Positions 1 through 9,959 of a DNA stretch of 44,923 bases are shown here, one piece after another. Position 1 is the first letter of the stretch. Each line of letters starts with the position of its first letter. The stretch is from Candidatus Neomicrothrix sp. UBA7828 (GTDB lineage: Bacteria; Actinomycetota; Acidimicrobiia; Acidimicrobiales; UBA8592). The stretch lies in the NCBI GenBank assembly GCA_002500385.1, contig DLTU01000159.1:2455-47377 (forward strand), given 5' to 3'. The notes below the pieces were generated by a model that was given only the letters and a program-made list of their open reading frames with translations, ran no database searches and was not told where the DNA came from. A program made the translations under genes and the position numbers.

Positions 1-1024
1 CATAAATCTGGTCTCAATGGATGGCGGTTGGAAAAGCACTGCTACCGGATTGTCCGGCTACACAGCACTTCGCCACCATCACAACCCCCAAACAATGGTT
101 CAGTCAAAAAGTTTCATGGACCAAGAGAATTCAGAACTACACAAATCCAACTGGCGACAAGGAAAAGTCCTAAAGGAATCAGGCATTCAAGTATTCCAGA
201 TTGAAACTACAGTAAACAACAACACATTCGGATATGACGGACCACTCGCAATGCTCCAAAAGCGCGAATGGGAGTGGACTTTCAAAGATCGCATGTCATT
301 TCTGGGTATGCAAGCAGGGCTAAAGAGAATGTCGCCTGCATCAAAACGCAAATCCTTTCAAGGATGGCATTCACCATACGAAATTACATCTGTACAAGCA
401 GGCGAAGTGGAAGCTGTACACAAAATGACCACTGACAATGTATACAAGCAGCACCTTGTGCAAGTTAACGGACAAACGGACATTCTAACGATGGGATTAC
501 CTTACATATGCCCTTACAACGTTAACTCCGTGATGAATCCCATACTCGTCGCTTGCCTTGGGCTTGGATATTTCTTCAATATGTACAAAGGCAAACCGCT
601 TGTTAGAAAAGGTGGAGTAGTTATCATGACTCATCCCACACCTTGGGAATTCCATCCAGTACATCATCCTAGCTATATTGACTTTTTTGAAAGAGTTCTC
701 AGCGAAACTACAGACCCCGCTGTGATAAGTCAAAAGTATGAAAAGTCATTTGCAGAAGATGATTGGTATAGGCATTTGTACAGAACCTCTTACGCCTATC
801 ATGGAGTGCATCCCTTTTATATGTGGTATTGGTGTGCACACGCTCTCGACCACCTTTCAGAAATAATTATTGTAGGCGGCAACCAAGAAGCTGTGAGAAG
901 GATGGGATTTAGATCAGCTACCACACTGCAAGATGCATTAGAAATTGCATCAGATTCAGTTGGGTTTAGCCCCACCATAACGCACTACCACAGCCCTCCA
1001 ATTTTAATGGCAGACGTTACATAG
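1..1024 (+). CDS. Lactate racemase (LarA/DUF2088)-like domain protein, 5'-truncated by the window edge
   Basis: The frame is open from position 2 (INLVSMDGGWK...). The GGWKS..G, 'KPLVRKGGVVIM' and 'GFRSATTLQDALE' segments resemble the C-terminal part of LarA-like proteins. The N-terminal catalytic residues are outside the window. Confidence 0.6.
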   Translation, partial: INLVSMDGGWKSTATGLSGYTALRHHHNPQTMVQSKSFMDQENSELHKSNWRQGKVLKESGIQVFQIETTVNNNTFGYDGPLAMLQKREWEWTFKDRMSFLGMQAGLKRMSPASKRKSFQGWHSPYEITSVQAGEVEAVHKMTTDNVYKQHLVQVNGQTDILTMGLPYICPYNVNSVMNPILVACLGLGYFFNMYKGKPLVRKGGVVIMTHPTPWEFHPVHHPSYIDFFERVLSETTDPAVISQKYEKSFAEDDWYRHLYRTSYAYHGVHPFYMWYWCAHALDHLSEIIIVGGNQEAVRRMGFRSATTLQDALEIASDSVGFSPTITHYHSPPILMADVT

Positions 1025-1025
1025 C

Positions 1026-2018
1026 ATGGCAAGGAAATTAACCAAACGAGAAATACAACGCAAGACGAGAGAAATCTATAAAGCGGTTGGAAATACCCCT
1101 CAAAGAATGAGGTCAACAGCGATCATTAAATCCGCGCAATTCCCATACCGATCAGCTCGCACACCCAACGGCGTTACTCCCCTCGAGCGCAAAACTTACC
1201 TTGGATCTGAGTATCCTACGGTTTGGGCTCGTCGGCTACCAGCCAGGACCGTAAGACTTCTATCCACCGAACTAATTGCTAAACCCCTAATGGGCTATAT
1301 CGCTAGCCCACAACGAACCGGTTATGACCGACTCGAGGGTCTCAGAAAACGACAAGCAGTTATCTTTGTCGCCAACCACCATAGCCATGCAGACACTCCC
1401 CTAATACTAACATCCATTCCATTCCACTGGCGTAAACGGCTGATCGTCGGTGCTGCCGCTGATTATTTCTTTAAAACGAAATTCGGCGGCTCTTTATCCG
1501 CTCTATTCATCGGTGCTATTCCTGTAGAAAGAAATAAAGTAAGCAGAGAATCGTCAGATCAAATTGCATCATTAATTAAACGAGGTTGGTCCTTCATGGT
1601 GTTTCCAGAGGGAGGGCGCTCCCCTGACGGATGGGGTCAACCCTTCCGAGCAGGGGCAGCTTATCTTTCAATAAAATGTGATGTGCCAATAGTCCCGATA
1701 CATCTTGCTGGAACGGGAAATATCCTACGAAAAGGTAAAGTATGGCCCAAGCGCTCATCAACTAAAGTTACATTTGGCGCTCCGATTTGGCCAAGAGAAA
1801 AGGAGAACAGTAGAACTTATTCAAAAAAGATCGAGCAGGCAATTGCGGAGTTAGCCGATGAGGAAAATAATGATTGGTGGGTTGCCCAGAAGCGAAAATA
1901 CTCTGGCCAAACCCCAACGCTGCAAGCCCCCGAAATGGGAAGCTGGCGAAAGGCTTGGAACCTTGAAGCTAAATTAGGGAAATCGGCAGAAACCAAAAGA
2001 CGCTGGCCGACAATTTAA
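1026..2018 (+). CDS. Lysophospholipid/1-acyl-sn-glycerol-3-phosphate acyltransferase (PlsC family)
   Basis: NHHSHAD (HxxxxD) and FPEGGRS motifs, plus a basic N-terminal extension. Starts 1 nt after the upstream stop. Confidence 0.88.
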   Translation: MARKLTKREIQRKTREIYKAVGNTPQRMRSTAIIKSAQFPYRSARTPNGVTPLERKTYLGSEYPTVWARRLPARTVRLLSTELIAKPLMGYIASPQRTGYDRLEGLRKRQAVIFVANHHSHADTPLILTSIPFHWRKRLIVGAAADYFFKTKFGGSLSALFIGAIPVERNKVSRESSDQIASLIKRGWSFMVFPEGGRSPDGWGQPFRAGAAYLSIKCDVPIVPIHLAGTGNILRKGKVWPKRSSTKVTFGAPIWPREKENSRTYSKKIEQAIAELADEENNDWWVAQKRKYSGQTPTLQAPEMGSWRKAWNLEAKLGKSAETKRRWPTI

Positions 2019-2112
2019 GATTCACCACCACAAGTGTGTTGATTTACGATAGATTTATACTGCTTTAAAAGTAGATGCGTTCCTGCATGCAGTAAACGTA
2101 GATAGAGGAATT

Positions 2113-4398
2113 ATGACTGTTTACACGAAGACCCCAATTGAATTAATTGAAGATGTTTACTCCACGCTTGAAGAAAGATTGGGCAACGCAAGAACACAGT
2201 TCGGACGTCAACTAACCTACGCTGAAAAAGTACTAATTAACCATTTAGACTCACCCGACCAGTCCCTTGAGAGAGGGTCTTCATATGTAGACCTGAGACC
2301 CGACCGTGTTGCAATGCAAGATGCCACAGCTCAGATGGCTTGGTTACAATTTATGACAGCTGGCCTTGAAAAGGTAGCTGTTCCCACGACAACACACGCA
2401 GATCACTTGATACAGGCAAAAGTCGAAGGTAAACATGACCTATTAACAGCATCCAAAACAAACGAGGAAGTTTATGACTTCCTTGAATCTGTTTGTGCAA
2501 AATATGGAGCTGGATTTTGGAAACCCGGAAGTGGAATAATTCACCAAGTCGTCCTAGAACAGTACGCATTTCCAGGTGGAATGATCATCGGGACCGACAG
2601 CCACACCCCGAATGGAGGGGGCTTAGGCATGATCGCAATTGGGGTTGGCGGAGCTGACGCAGTTGACGTTATGACTGGCTTTCCTTGGAACGTTCGATGG
2701 CCGAAACTAATTGGCGTACACCTCAAAGGCTCCCTAAATGGATGGACAGCTCCCAAAGATGTCATCCTAAAAGTGGCTGAAATTCTTACCGTAAAAGGTG
2801 GTACAGGAGCAATAGTAGAATATTTCGGTGAAGGAGCCTCTAACCTCTCAGCTACCGGCAAAGCAACAATTTGCAATATGGGCGCAGAAATAGGTGCAAC
2901 TACATCGATCTTCCCTTATGACGACTCAATCAACCGCTATCTTCACTCAACAGACCGAAGTGATGTAGCTGAACTTGCTAATCATCATCAACAACATTTA
3001 ACCGCTGACCCTGAAGTATTGCAGGCTCCGGAAAAATATTTTGACCAAGTCATTGAGATTGACTTAGACAAATTGCGCCCACATATCAACGGGCCACATA
3101 CGCCAGACTTAGCAAGAGAAGTACAGGAACTAGGCGCTGAAGCAAAGTCTAATAACTGGCCTCTGGAAATAAGTGCTGCATTAATCGGTAGTTGCACGAA
3201 TTCATCCTACGAAGATATAACGCGCGCTGCTTCAATAGCCAGAGAAGCTGCTCAGCATGGTTTAAAATCAAAATGTCGGCTCTTAATTACACCTGGTTCC
3301 GAACAAGTCAGGGCAACGATAACGCGAGACGGCTTACTAGCCGACTTTGAAGCGGTAGGCGCTGTAGTTCTGGCGAACGCCTGTGGACCATGCATTGGAC
3401 AATGGGACCGGTCAGAAGAAAAAGACCACGAAACAGGAACACCAAACGTTATCGTTACTTCGTACAATCGCAATTTCCCAAAACGAAATGACGGAGACCC
3501 ATCAACTCTGGCATTCGTAACTTCACCAGAAACGGTTATGGCACTTGCACTTGCTGGAACTGTGGATTTCGATCCTATTAACGGAAGCCTTCAGACAGCA
3601 GCCGGAGAACAGGTAACTTTGTCAACTCCTGAGGGAATTGAACTGCCTCCGAGTGGCTTTGATCCTGGAGAAGATACTTTCATTGCCCCACCGGAAAATG
3701 CAACAGAGCTCGAAGTTAAAGTCTCGCCATCTTCTGACAGACTTCAAGTTCTCGAGCCATTCCCTGCGTGGAATGGGAAAGACTACGAAAATTTGCCTAT
3801 CCTTGTCAAAGCCAAGGGCAAATTCACGACTGACCACATTTCTATGGCCGGACCCTGGCTAAAATATCGCGGGCACCTAGAAAACATCTCTGGCAATTTA
3901 TATTTAGGAGCCGTAAATGCTTTTGATGGTTATGAAGTTGGTTACGGGAGAAATGTGATTACAGGCGAAACACAAACCTTTCCTGAAATCGCTAAATCTT
4001 ACCATGAAGCAAACCAGCCTTGGGTTGTTATAGGTGATGAAAATATGGGCGAGGGATCAAGCCGCGAGCACGCAGCCATGGAGCCGCGATTTCGATTAGG
4101 ACTTGTAGCCATTGCACGAAGTTTTGCGCGTATTCACGAGACCAATCTAAAGAAACAGGGAATGCTACCTCTTACGTTTTTAGATCCGAGTGATTACGAC
4201 AGAATCGACGAATCAGACCAGTTATCAATCCGCAATTTAGGTGACCTTCAACCTGGGAAAACAATTACTGTTAACGTCACGAAGTCATCGGAAGAAACAT
4301 TCAGTTTTGAGACAACACATACGTTCAGCGACGACCAGATCGAATGGTTTAAGGCCGGTTCGGCTCTTAACGTAATCCGCTCTCAAACTCTGAGCTAA
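2113..4398 (+). CDS. acn: Aconitate hydratase, short mitochondrial-like type
   Basis: DRVAMQDATAQMA, GIIHQ, GTDSHTPN, [4Fe-4S] ligands GSCTNSS and NACGPCIG, TTDHIS, GEGSSREHAA. 761 aa, with a GAGG SD upstream. Confidence 0.95.
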   Translation: MTVYTKTPIELIEDVYSTLEERLGNARTQFGRQLTYAEKVLINHLDSPDQSLERGSSYVDLRPDRVAMQDATAQMAWLQFMTAGLEKVAVPTTTHADHLIQAKVEGKHDLLTASKTNEEVYDFLESVCAKYGAGFWKPGSGIIHQVVLEQYAFPGGMIIGTDSHTPNGGGLGMIAIGVGGADAVDVMTGFPWNVRWPKLIGVHLKGSLNGWTAPKDVILKVAEILTVKGGTGAIVEYFGEGASNLSATGKATICNMGAEIGATTSIFPYDDSINRYLHSTDRSDVAELANHHQQHLTADPEVLQAPEKYFDQVIEIDLDKLRPHINGPHTPDLAREVQELGAEAKSNNWPLEISAALIGSCTNSSYEDITRAASIAREAAQHGLKSKCRLLITPGSEQVRATITRDGLLADFEAVGAVVLANACGPCIGQWDRSEEKDHETGTPNVIVTSYNRNFPKRNDGDPSTLAFVTSPETVMALALAGTVDFDPINGSLQTAAGEQVTLSTPEGIELPPSGFDPGEDTFIAPPENATELEVKVSPSSDRLQVLEPFPAWNGKDYENLPILVKAKGKFTTDHISMAGPWLKYRGHLENISGNLYLGAVNAFDGYEVGYGRNVITGETQTFPEIAKSYHEANQPWVVIGDENMGEGSSREHAAMEPRFRLGLVAIARSFARIHETNLKKQGMLPLTFLDPSDYDRIDESDQLSIRNLGDLQPGKTITVNVTKSSEETFSFETTHTFSDDQIEWFKAGSALNVIRSQTLS

Positions 4399-4403
4399 TC
4401 TGG

Positions 4404-4454
4404 TATCTAATTCAACGATAGCCGGTAAGTAGTTATCGTTAAACTAGATATAAT
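4404..4454 (+). promoter_or_regulatory. Two LysR-type boxes (TATC-N9-GATA at 4404-4420 and 4434-4450) overlapping a TATAAT -10 (4449-4454) of a probably leaderless lysR
   Basis: Each box fits T-N11-A. The two boxes are 15/17 identical as an inverted repeat. ATG 4460 follows the TATAAT after a 5-nt gap, with no SD. Confidence 0.65.
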
Positions 4455-4459
4455 TCTGT

Positions 4460-5368
4460 ATGGATATTAGACAAATAAATGCACTAGTTGCAGTAGTTGA
4501 CACAGGCAGTTTCAGCGCAGCGGCGCAATCCCTACACACTGTCCAGTCAAACATCTCAACCCATATTGCTAGGCTAGAACAAGAGCTATCTGTATCCTTA
4601 ATTGACAGGCGAACTGGTGCACTAACCGAAGAGGGAGCTCTCGTAGTTGAACGGGCACGCCGTGTTCAAACTGAACTTGAGTCAATTTCATTAGACGTCA
4701 AGGCGCTCCACACCGAAGTTTCAGGAATCGTGAGGCTAGGTGTAATCGGAACCACAGGCCGTTGGGTGTCACCTATACTACTGCAGTCCATGATTGAGAA
4801 ATATCCGAAGGTCAAGATCCAGATTACGGACGCAGTAACAAGCAACTTGCTGCCGCTAGTCGTACAGGGAAGAGTTGACGGAGCAATAGTAAACCTGCCG
4901 ATCGCTCATCCAGATGTTGAAGTTGAAGCTTTATTTGAAGAAGAACCCGTTCTTGTCGCACCTAATTCACACCCTCTTTCGAAATATGACTCTGTGACCC
5001 CATCCGTTCTCGCCGAATTTCCTCTTTTATTGAACCCCAAAGGAGTTCCCTTCAGGGATAGTTTAGACAGAGATTTAGCAGCCCACGGAATTATACTCTC
5101 ACCTAAAGCTGAAGTAGATGGCATGCGGCTCTTAGCATCGCTGGCCACAGATGGCTTTGGAGCGGCAATTCTCCCAGCCACGGCTGCCCAAGGAACTGGC
5201 AAATGGAAAAGAATTCCACTGGAAGGTTTTACAAGACGCATAGTGGGTTTAGCAACGAACAAACGAGTGCCTCTATCTGCTACAACTAGAGTCGTTCGTG
5301 AAGTGCTCCGGAAAATGATCCTTGAATATGGTTCTGACCAAAATGGCATCTACTTAGCGACTAAGTAA
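4460..5368 (+). CDS. LysR-family transcriptional regulator
   Basis: N-terminal HTH 'GSFSAAAQSLHTVQSNISTHIARLEQEL' followed by a substrate-binding domain; 302 aa. Confidence 0.95.
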   Translation: MDIRQINALVAVVDTGSFSAAAQSLHTVQSNISTHIARLEQELSVSLIDRRTGALTEEGALVVERARRVQTELESISLDVKALHTEVSGIVRLGVIGTTGRWVSPILLQSMIEKYPKVKIQITDAVTSNLLPLVVQGRVDGAIVNLPIAHPDVEVEALFEEEPVLVAPNSHPLSKYDSVTPSVLAEFPLLLNPKGVPFRDSLDRDLAAHGIILSPKAEVDGMRLLASLATDGFGAAILPATAAQGTGKWKRIPLEGFTRRIVGLATNKRVPLSATTRVVREVLRKMILEYGSDQNGIYLATK

Positions 5369-5403
5369 CGCCTATTTCATGACAATCATACTAAGATGAC
5401 CCT

Positions 5404-6759
5404 GTGAGTGGACAAGAAAATACCGTTCAAGTACAAACTCAACTTTCACAGGGCACGGTTGTTGAAGTTAAACGAGACAACGATAAAAACTTTGTGGAAG
5501 TATCTCTAGGGTCCCCGACTGAGCCCGTACCTCTTTCGGCAGAAGATGGTCAGAAGTTAGTCGAAGGAGTGAGAACTGCAAGAGCTCAATATATTCCTCT
5601 CGTTTGCAACATTAACTCAACTGGAGCACCGCCTGATGCAGGAGTCGAAGCACTTGATGGTTGGGGGAAAGCCGCTCAGGAGATAACGGCGAGTTCGGGG
5701 ATAATACCAATCATTTTTTGCGTCAAAGAAACGGCATTAGCCGGACCAGCACTCCTTTTAGGATTAGCTGATTTTGTAATAATGATTAAAGATTCCTATA
5801 GCTATGTAAGTGGCCCAAGAATGGTTCAAGAGTTTACAGGAGTACCAATTGACCCTGAAACCTTGGGGGGGGCTGCAAAACACGCTCAAATGTCTGGCCT
5901 CGCAAGCTTTGTTGTTCCTGACCTCGATTCAGCCTCAGAAGTAGTGGATGAATTACTTGCATTACTTCCAAGCAGTTCATCGTCAACCCCACCAACCAAT
6001 CCCACGAGCGACCCAGCTGATCGGCTACTAACGAACATTGAAAATATAGTACCGGATACTCAGACTGGCAGCTACGACATGCGCGAAATACTAGCGCAAA
6101 TAGCTGACGATGAAATCCTTACCGAAATACGAAAAGACTGGGCTACCAACATCATTACGGCACTATGCACAATTAACGGCAACACAGTTGGAATCGTAGC
6201 GAACCAACCACAATCTCTTGCCGGCACTCTAGACATATCTGCCTCCCAGAAAGGGGCGCGATTTGTCAACTTCTGCGATGCTTTTAATGTTCCTATCATC
6301 ACCTTCGTTGATACACCCGGATTTCAACCCGGAAAGGATCTTGAGTGGCGAGGAATGATCCGACACGGAGCCCAACTTGCTTTTGCCTATGCAAATGCGA
6401 CAATACCCCGAATATGTGTAACCGTGAGAAAAAGCTACGGAGGAGCATATATCGTAATGGACAGCAAACATATGGGGAACGACCTGTCGATAGCATGGCC
6501 TTCGGCTGAAATCGCCGTAATGGGAGCAAAAGGAGCTATAGAAATTCTTCATCGCAAAGCAACCCGATCTGATCGTGAACAACTTGAATCTGATTACGAA
6601 AGTAGGCTTCTGAACCCTTACACAGCGGCAGAGCGAGGCTCTGTTGATATGGTGATACATCCAGAGAACACCAGAATTGAAGTTTCAGCTGCTTTAGATT
6701 TCCTTCTATCCAAACGAGAAAAGCTCCAAAAGCGACTTCATAGCAATACCCCACTCTAG
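5404..6759 (+). CDS. Acyl-CoA carboxylase carboxyltransferase (PccB/AccD-like) with a divergent N-terminal half
   Basis: GIVANQP, FVDTPGF, RKSYGGAY, AEIAVMG motifs and C-terminal HSNTPL. Confidence 0.85.
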   Translation: MSGQENTVQVQTQLSQGTVVEVKRDNDKNFVEVSLGSPTEPVPLSAEDGQKLVEGVRTARAQYIPLVCNINSTGAPPDAGVEALDGWGKAAQEITASSGIIPIIFCVKETALAGPALLLGLADFVIMIKDSYSYVSGPRMVQEFTGVPIDPETLGGAAKHAQMSGLASFVVPDLDSASEVVDELLALLPSSSSSTPPTNPTSDPADRLLTNIENIVPDTQTGSYDMREILAQIADDEILTEIRKDWATNIITALCTINGNTVGIVANQPQSLAGTLDISASQKGARFVNFCDAFNVPIITFVDTPGFQPGKDLEWRGMIRHGAQLAFAYANATIPRICVTVRKSYGGAYIVMDSKHMGNDLSIAWPSAEIAVMGAKGAIEILHRKATRSDREQLESDYESRLLNPYTAAERGSVDMVIHPENTRIEVSAALDFLLSKREKLQKRLHSNTPL

Positions 6760-6863
6760 AAGTTAGAAAACTTTCACAATGTACCTAGAAAGATACGACA
6801 AAGTTAGCGAGATGACATATTTTGCCGATAACATGCAACTTGTAAAACGATCGGAGCGGAGTT

Positions 6864-8132
6864 TTGAAAGAGTCTATAACTATTACTGACAACCGCTCCG
6901 GTGAGTCAATTGAGATACCTATAGAAGACGGCGGTGTTGATTCTGGTCCATGGACAAAGTTTCTTCCTGGCATTTGGTTTAAAGATGAAGGTTTCGCTGC
7001 TACAGCAGTTACCAATAGCTCAATAACATACATTGACGGTGGCGCCGGGCAACTTGAATATCGTGGATATCGAATTGAAGACCTAGCGAAACAATCAACC
7101 TTTACTGAGGTTGCTTATCTATTGGTTCATGGTGAGCTTCCTTCCACAAGTAGCCTAGACGACTGGAACAACGAGCTTGCCAGACTCGCCCACCTTGACG
7201 ATCAGCAAAATAACAATCTACTTAAGGCATTCAACAACCAATCGCATCCAATGGGAATGTTCACGGCTGGCTTAGCTGCATTATCTACGCTTTACCCGGA
7301 TGCACGAGATGTTGAAGACTCAGAAATAAGACAAAAACACGTACTTAATGCAATTGCGAAAGTGCCAACGTTAGCCGCTTCAGCGGCCGCGTATAGGAAT
7401 GGCTACTCTGGTGCACGATCTAACAACGATCTTTCCTACATCGATAATTTCCTATCAATGGCTTTCTCCTCACCGAATAACCCTTTCCAACACAACCCAA
7501 CTTTTACCAAAGCCTTGGACCAACTTTTGATTCTACATGCCGATCATGAGCAGAATTGCTCTACTACTGCCGTTAGAGTCGTCGGCTCTTCTCACGCAGA
7601 CCCTTACTCTGCCCTTGCAGCGGGAAGTGCTGCTTTATCAGGGCCTAGACACGGAGGAGCCAACGAAGCAGTTCTAAATATGCTAGATGAAATTGGTTCA
7701 TTTGATAATGTCAATAGCTTTATTGATTCAGTCAAAAATGGTGAGGGCCGCCTGATGGGCTTCGGCCATCGCGTCTACAAAAACTATGACCCAAGAGCAC
7801 AGATTATTAAAGACACAGCTCACGAAATTTTTGAGATAACAGGAAAGAATCCAAAACTAGATATAGCCCTAAAGCTTGAAGAGGCTGCGTTAGAAGATGA
7901 GTATTTCATCAGCCGAAAGCTTTACCCAAATGTTGACTTCTATTCTGGACTCATATACCAGGCTATGGGATTTCCAGTTGAAATGTTCACTGTTCTATTC
8001 GCTGTGGCTAGAACAGCCGGATGGATATCACATTGGGATGAAATGCTCTCAAGGAATACAAGAATAGCTCGACCAAGGCAACTTTATGTCGGTGAGGAAA
8101 CGAGATCATTTATAACAATTGAGGAAAGATAA
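6864..8132 (+). CDS. gltA: Citrate synthase
   Basis: HADHEQNCST, GPRHGGAN, GFGHRVYK and YPNVDFYSG motifs. TTG start with a GGAG SD. Confidence 0.95.
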   Translation: MKESITITDNRSGESIEIPIEDGGVDSGPWTKFLPGIWFKDEGFAATAVTNSSITYIDGGAGQLEYRGYRIEDLAKQSTFTEVAYLLVHGELPSTSSLDDWNNELARLAHLDDQQNNNLLKAFNNQSHPMGMFTAGLAALSTLYPDARDVEDSEIRQKHVLNAIAKVPTLAASAAAYRNGYSGARSNNDLSYIDNFLSMAFSSPNNPFQHNPTFTKALDQLLILHADHEQNCSTTAVRVVGSSHADPYSALAAGSAALSGPRHGGANEAVLNMLDEIGSFDNVNSFIDSVKNGEGRLMGFGHRVYKNYDPRAQIIKDTAHEIFEITGKNPKLDIALKLEEAALEDEYFISRKLYPNVDFYSGLIYQAMGFPVEMFTVLFAVARTAGWISHWDEMLSRNTRIARPRQLYVGEETRSFITIEER

Positions 8133-8134
8133 AT

Positions 8135-8821
8135 TTAAACACTCTCGCTTTCCAAGATGGTTGCAGCTGTAATAGCTGCTGTTTCAGATCTCAAGATTGA
8201 CCTGTGAAATGAATACTTAGGATTTGCTGTGTCAAGTTCTGCACTGCTCCATCCACCTTCGGGCCCGATAGCAATTCGTCGGACCTCTTTTGATATCTTT
8301 ATCGCTGCCTGATGAGCTAATGCAATACCAGTGTCTTTAATAATTTCCTCGAAACTTCCCCCTAAGTTTATTTTTGGAAGCCAAACACCTTTTGACTGAG
8401 CTAAAGCTAAGCGAGAAACCTTTCGTAACTTCTTCTCATTCTTTTCCATCTTTTTAAGATCCCATTTAGGCACGGATCTTTCGGAGAAAAAGAACGATAT
8501 GGTACCTATCCCTAATTCTGTAAGTTTCTGAGTAACTAATTCAGGCTTTCCAGATTTCGTTATTGAAATATAAATTTCAGAAGCAACCTTAGGAGCTTCA
8601 CAAAATTGCTCTGTTTCAACAGGCGTTAGAATAGACTTATCAAATCTAAATATCCTCCAAGAGCCTCTCCCATCAGTAGCCGTCAAGTGACTACCCAACC
8701 GCAGTCTCCTAACAGCCTGCAAGTGATGCATTTCTGCTTCTTCAAGGGTCGGCGAGGCTAAATCCTCCAAAACTATATGTGGAAGGTCGAGTTCATGTAA
8801 TCCACTTAAAGACCTACTCAT
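8135..8821 (-). CDS. rsmE: 16S rRNA m3U1498 methyltransferase
   Basis: [19 protein letters not shown] and ILRSETA motifs; follows dnaJ. Confidence 0.92.
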   Translation of the reverse strand: MSRSLSGLHELDLPHIVLEDLASPTLEEAEMHHLQAVRRLRLGSHLTATDGRGSWRIFRFDKSILTPVETEQFCEAPKVASEIYISITKSGKPELVTQKLTELGIGTISFFFSERSVPKWDLKKMEKNEKKLRKVSRLALAQSKGVWLPKINLGGSFEEIIKDTGIALAHQAAIKISKEVRRIAIGPEGGWSSAELDTANPKYSFHRSILRSETAAITAATILESESV

Positions 8822-9914
8822 TCCGTTTACTCTTTCGACTCCTTTTAGGCTTTTCCTTTAACGTTTCCCCAAACTCCTCAGCTAATTCAATCATCAAGCG
8901 CTTCGACACTTCTGAGAGATTTTGCGGAGTATCTACAACTATTTCCACAATCAAATCGCCCCTACCACGTCGCTGAAGCCTCGGGACCCCTAAACCCGAA
9001 TAACGAAACTTATCACCGGTTCGCGAACCTGCAGGAATCTTTAGTTTCTGCATTCCGTCAAATGTTTCATATTCAATTTCAGCACCAAGCGCTGCGAAGG
9101 TCACAGGTATCCAGAGTTGCTCTAACAAATTCTCACCATTACGAGAAAACCGAGAATGCCGCTCAACTACATATCTGACATGTATATCTCCTCGTTCCCC
9201 TCCGCGAGGACCGGCAGGTCCCATACCTGATAATCGTTGAGTAATTCCGGTATCAACGCCTTTAGGAACTTCAATAGAGAAGCTCTTTTCAGATTTCTTA
9301 ATGCCAACTCCCCCACATGAGCTACAAGGGTCGGTGATCAATGTTCCAAAGCCTTGACAAGAAGGACAAACGGCAGTTGACATAATTTGCCCAAGGATTG
9401 ATTGACGGACTTGCTGGAGTTGCCCATGCCCATCACATCGGCCGCATGATTCCGATTCGCCATTTTGGCTTCCGCTGCCAGTACAGGTCTCACATTCCAG
9501 AGCGAGGTTTAACGTGAATTCTGCTTCTCCACCATTCACAACCTCTTCTAAAGTTATATTCAATCCAATTTCAACGTCCTCTCCCGAATTTCTTTGTTGC
9601 GCTTGAAAGCCTGAAGAACCAAAAGGACTTTGGCCACCAAAAAATGCTTCAAAAATATCGCTAATTCCTCCTGCGCCTTGGAAAGGAGACCCAGCACTAC
9701 CTACGGCACCGAATTGATCATATTGACTACGTTTCTCATGGTCACTTAAAATTTCGTAGGCCATCGCTATGTCTTTGAACTTTTGTTCAGCTTCAGCATC
9801 GTCAGGATTTGCATCTGGGTGAAATTTTCTTGCCAGTTCCCTGTAGGCTTTCTTAATTTCAGTCAACGAGGCGGTTCGGCTCACTCCCAACAAATCATAT
9901 AGATCATGTTCCAT
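8814..9914 (-). CDS. dnaJ: Molecular chaperone DnaJ
   Basis: J domain with HPD, G/F-rich region and four CxxCxGxG repeats. Confidence 0.96.
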   Translation of the reverse strand: MEHDLYDLLGVSRTASLTEIKKAYRELARKFHPDANPDDAEAEQKFKDIAMAYEILSDHEKRSQYDQFGAVGSAGSPFQGAGGISDIFEAFFGGQSPFGSSGFQAQQRNSGEDVEIGLNITLEEVVNGGEAEFTLNLALECETCTGSGSQNGESESCGRCDGHGQLQQVRQSILGQIMSTAVCPSCQGFGTLITDPCSSCGGVGIKKSEKSFSIEVPKGVDTGITQRLSGMGPAGPRGGERGDIHVRYVVERHSRFSRNGENLLEQLWIPVTFAALGAEIEYETFDGMQKLKIPAGSRTGDKFRYSGLGVPRLQRRGRGDLIVEIVVDTPQNLSEVSKRLMIELAEEFGETLKEKPKRSRKSKRNE

Positions 9915-9959
9915 TGTCTATCCCCTGCAACGTAGCTGACTCACAATAAGAATTCGCAC

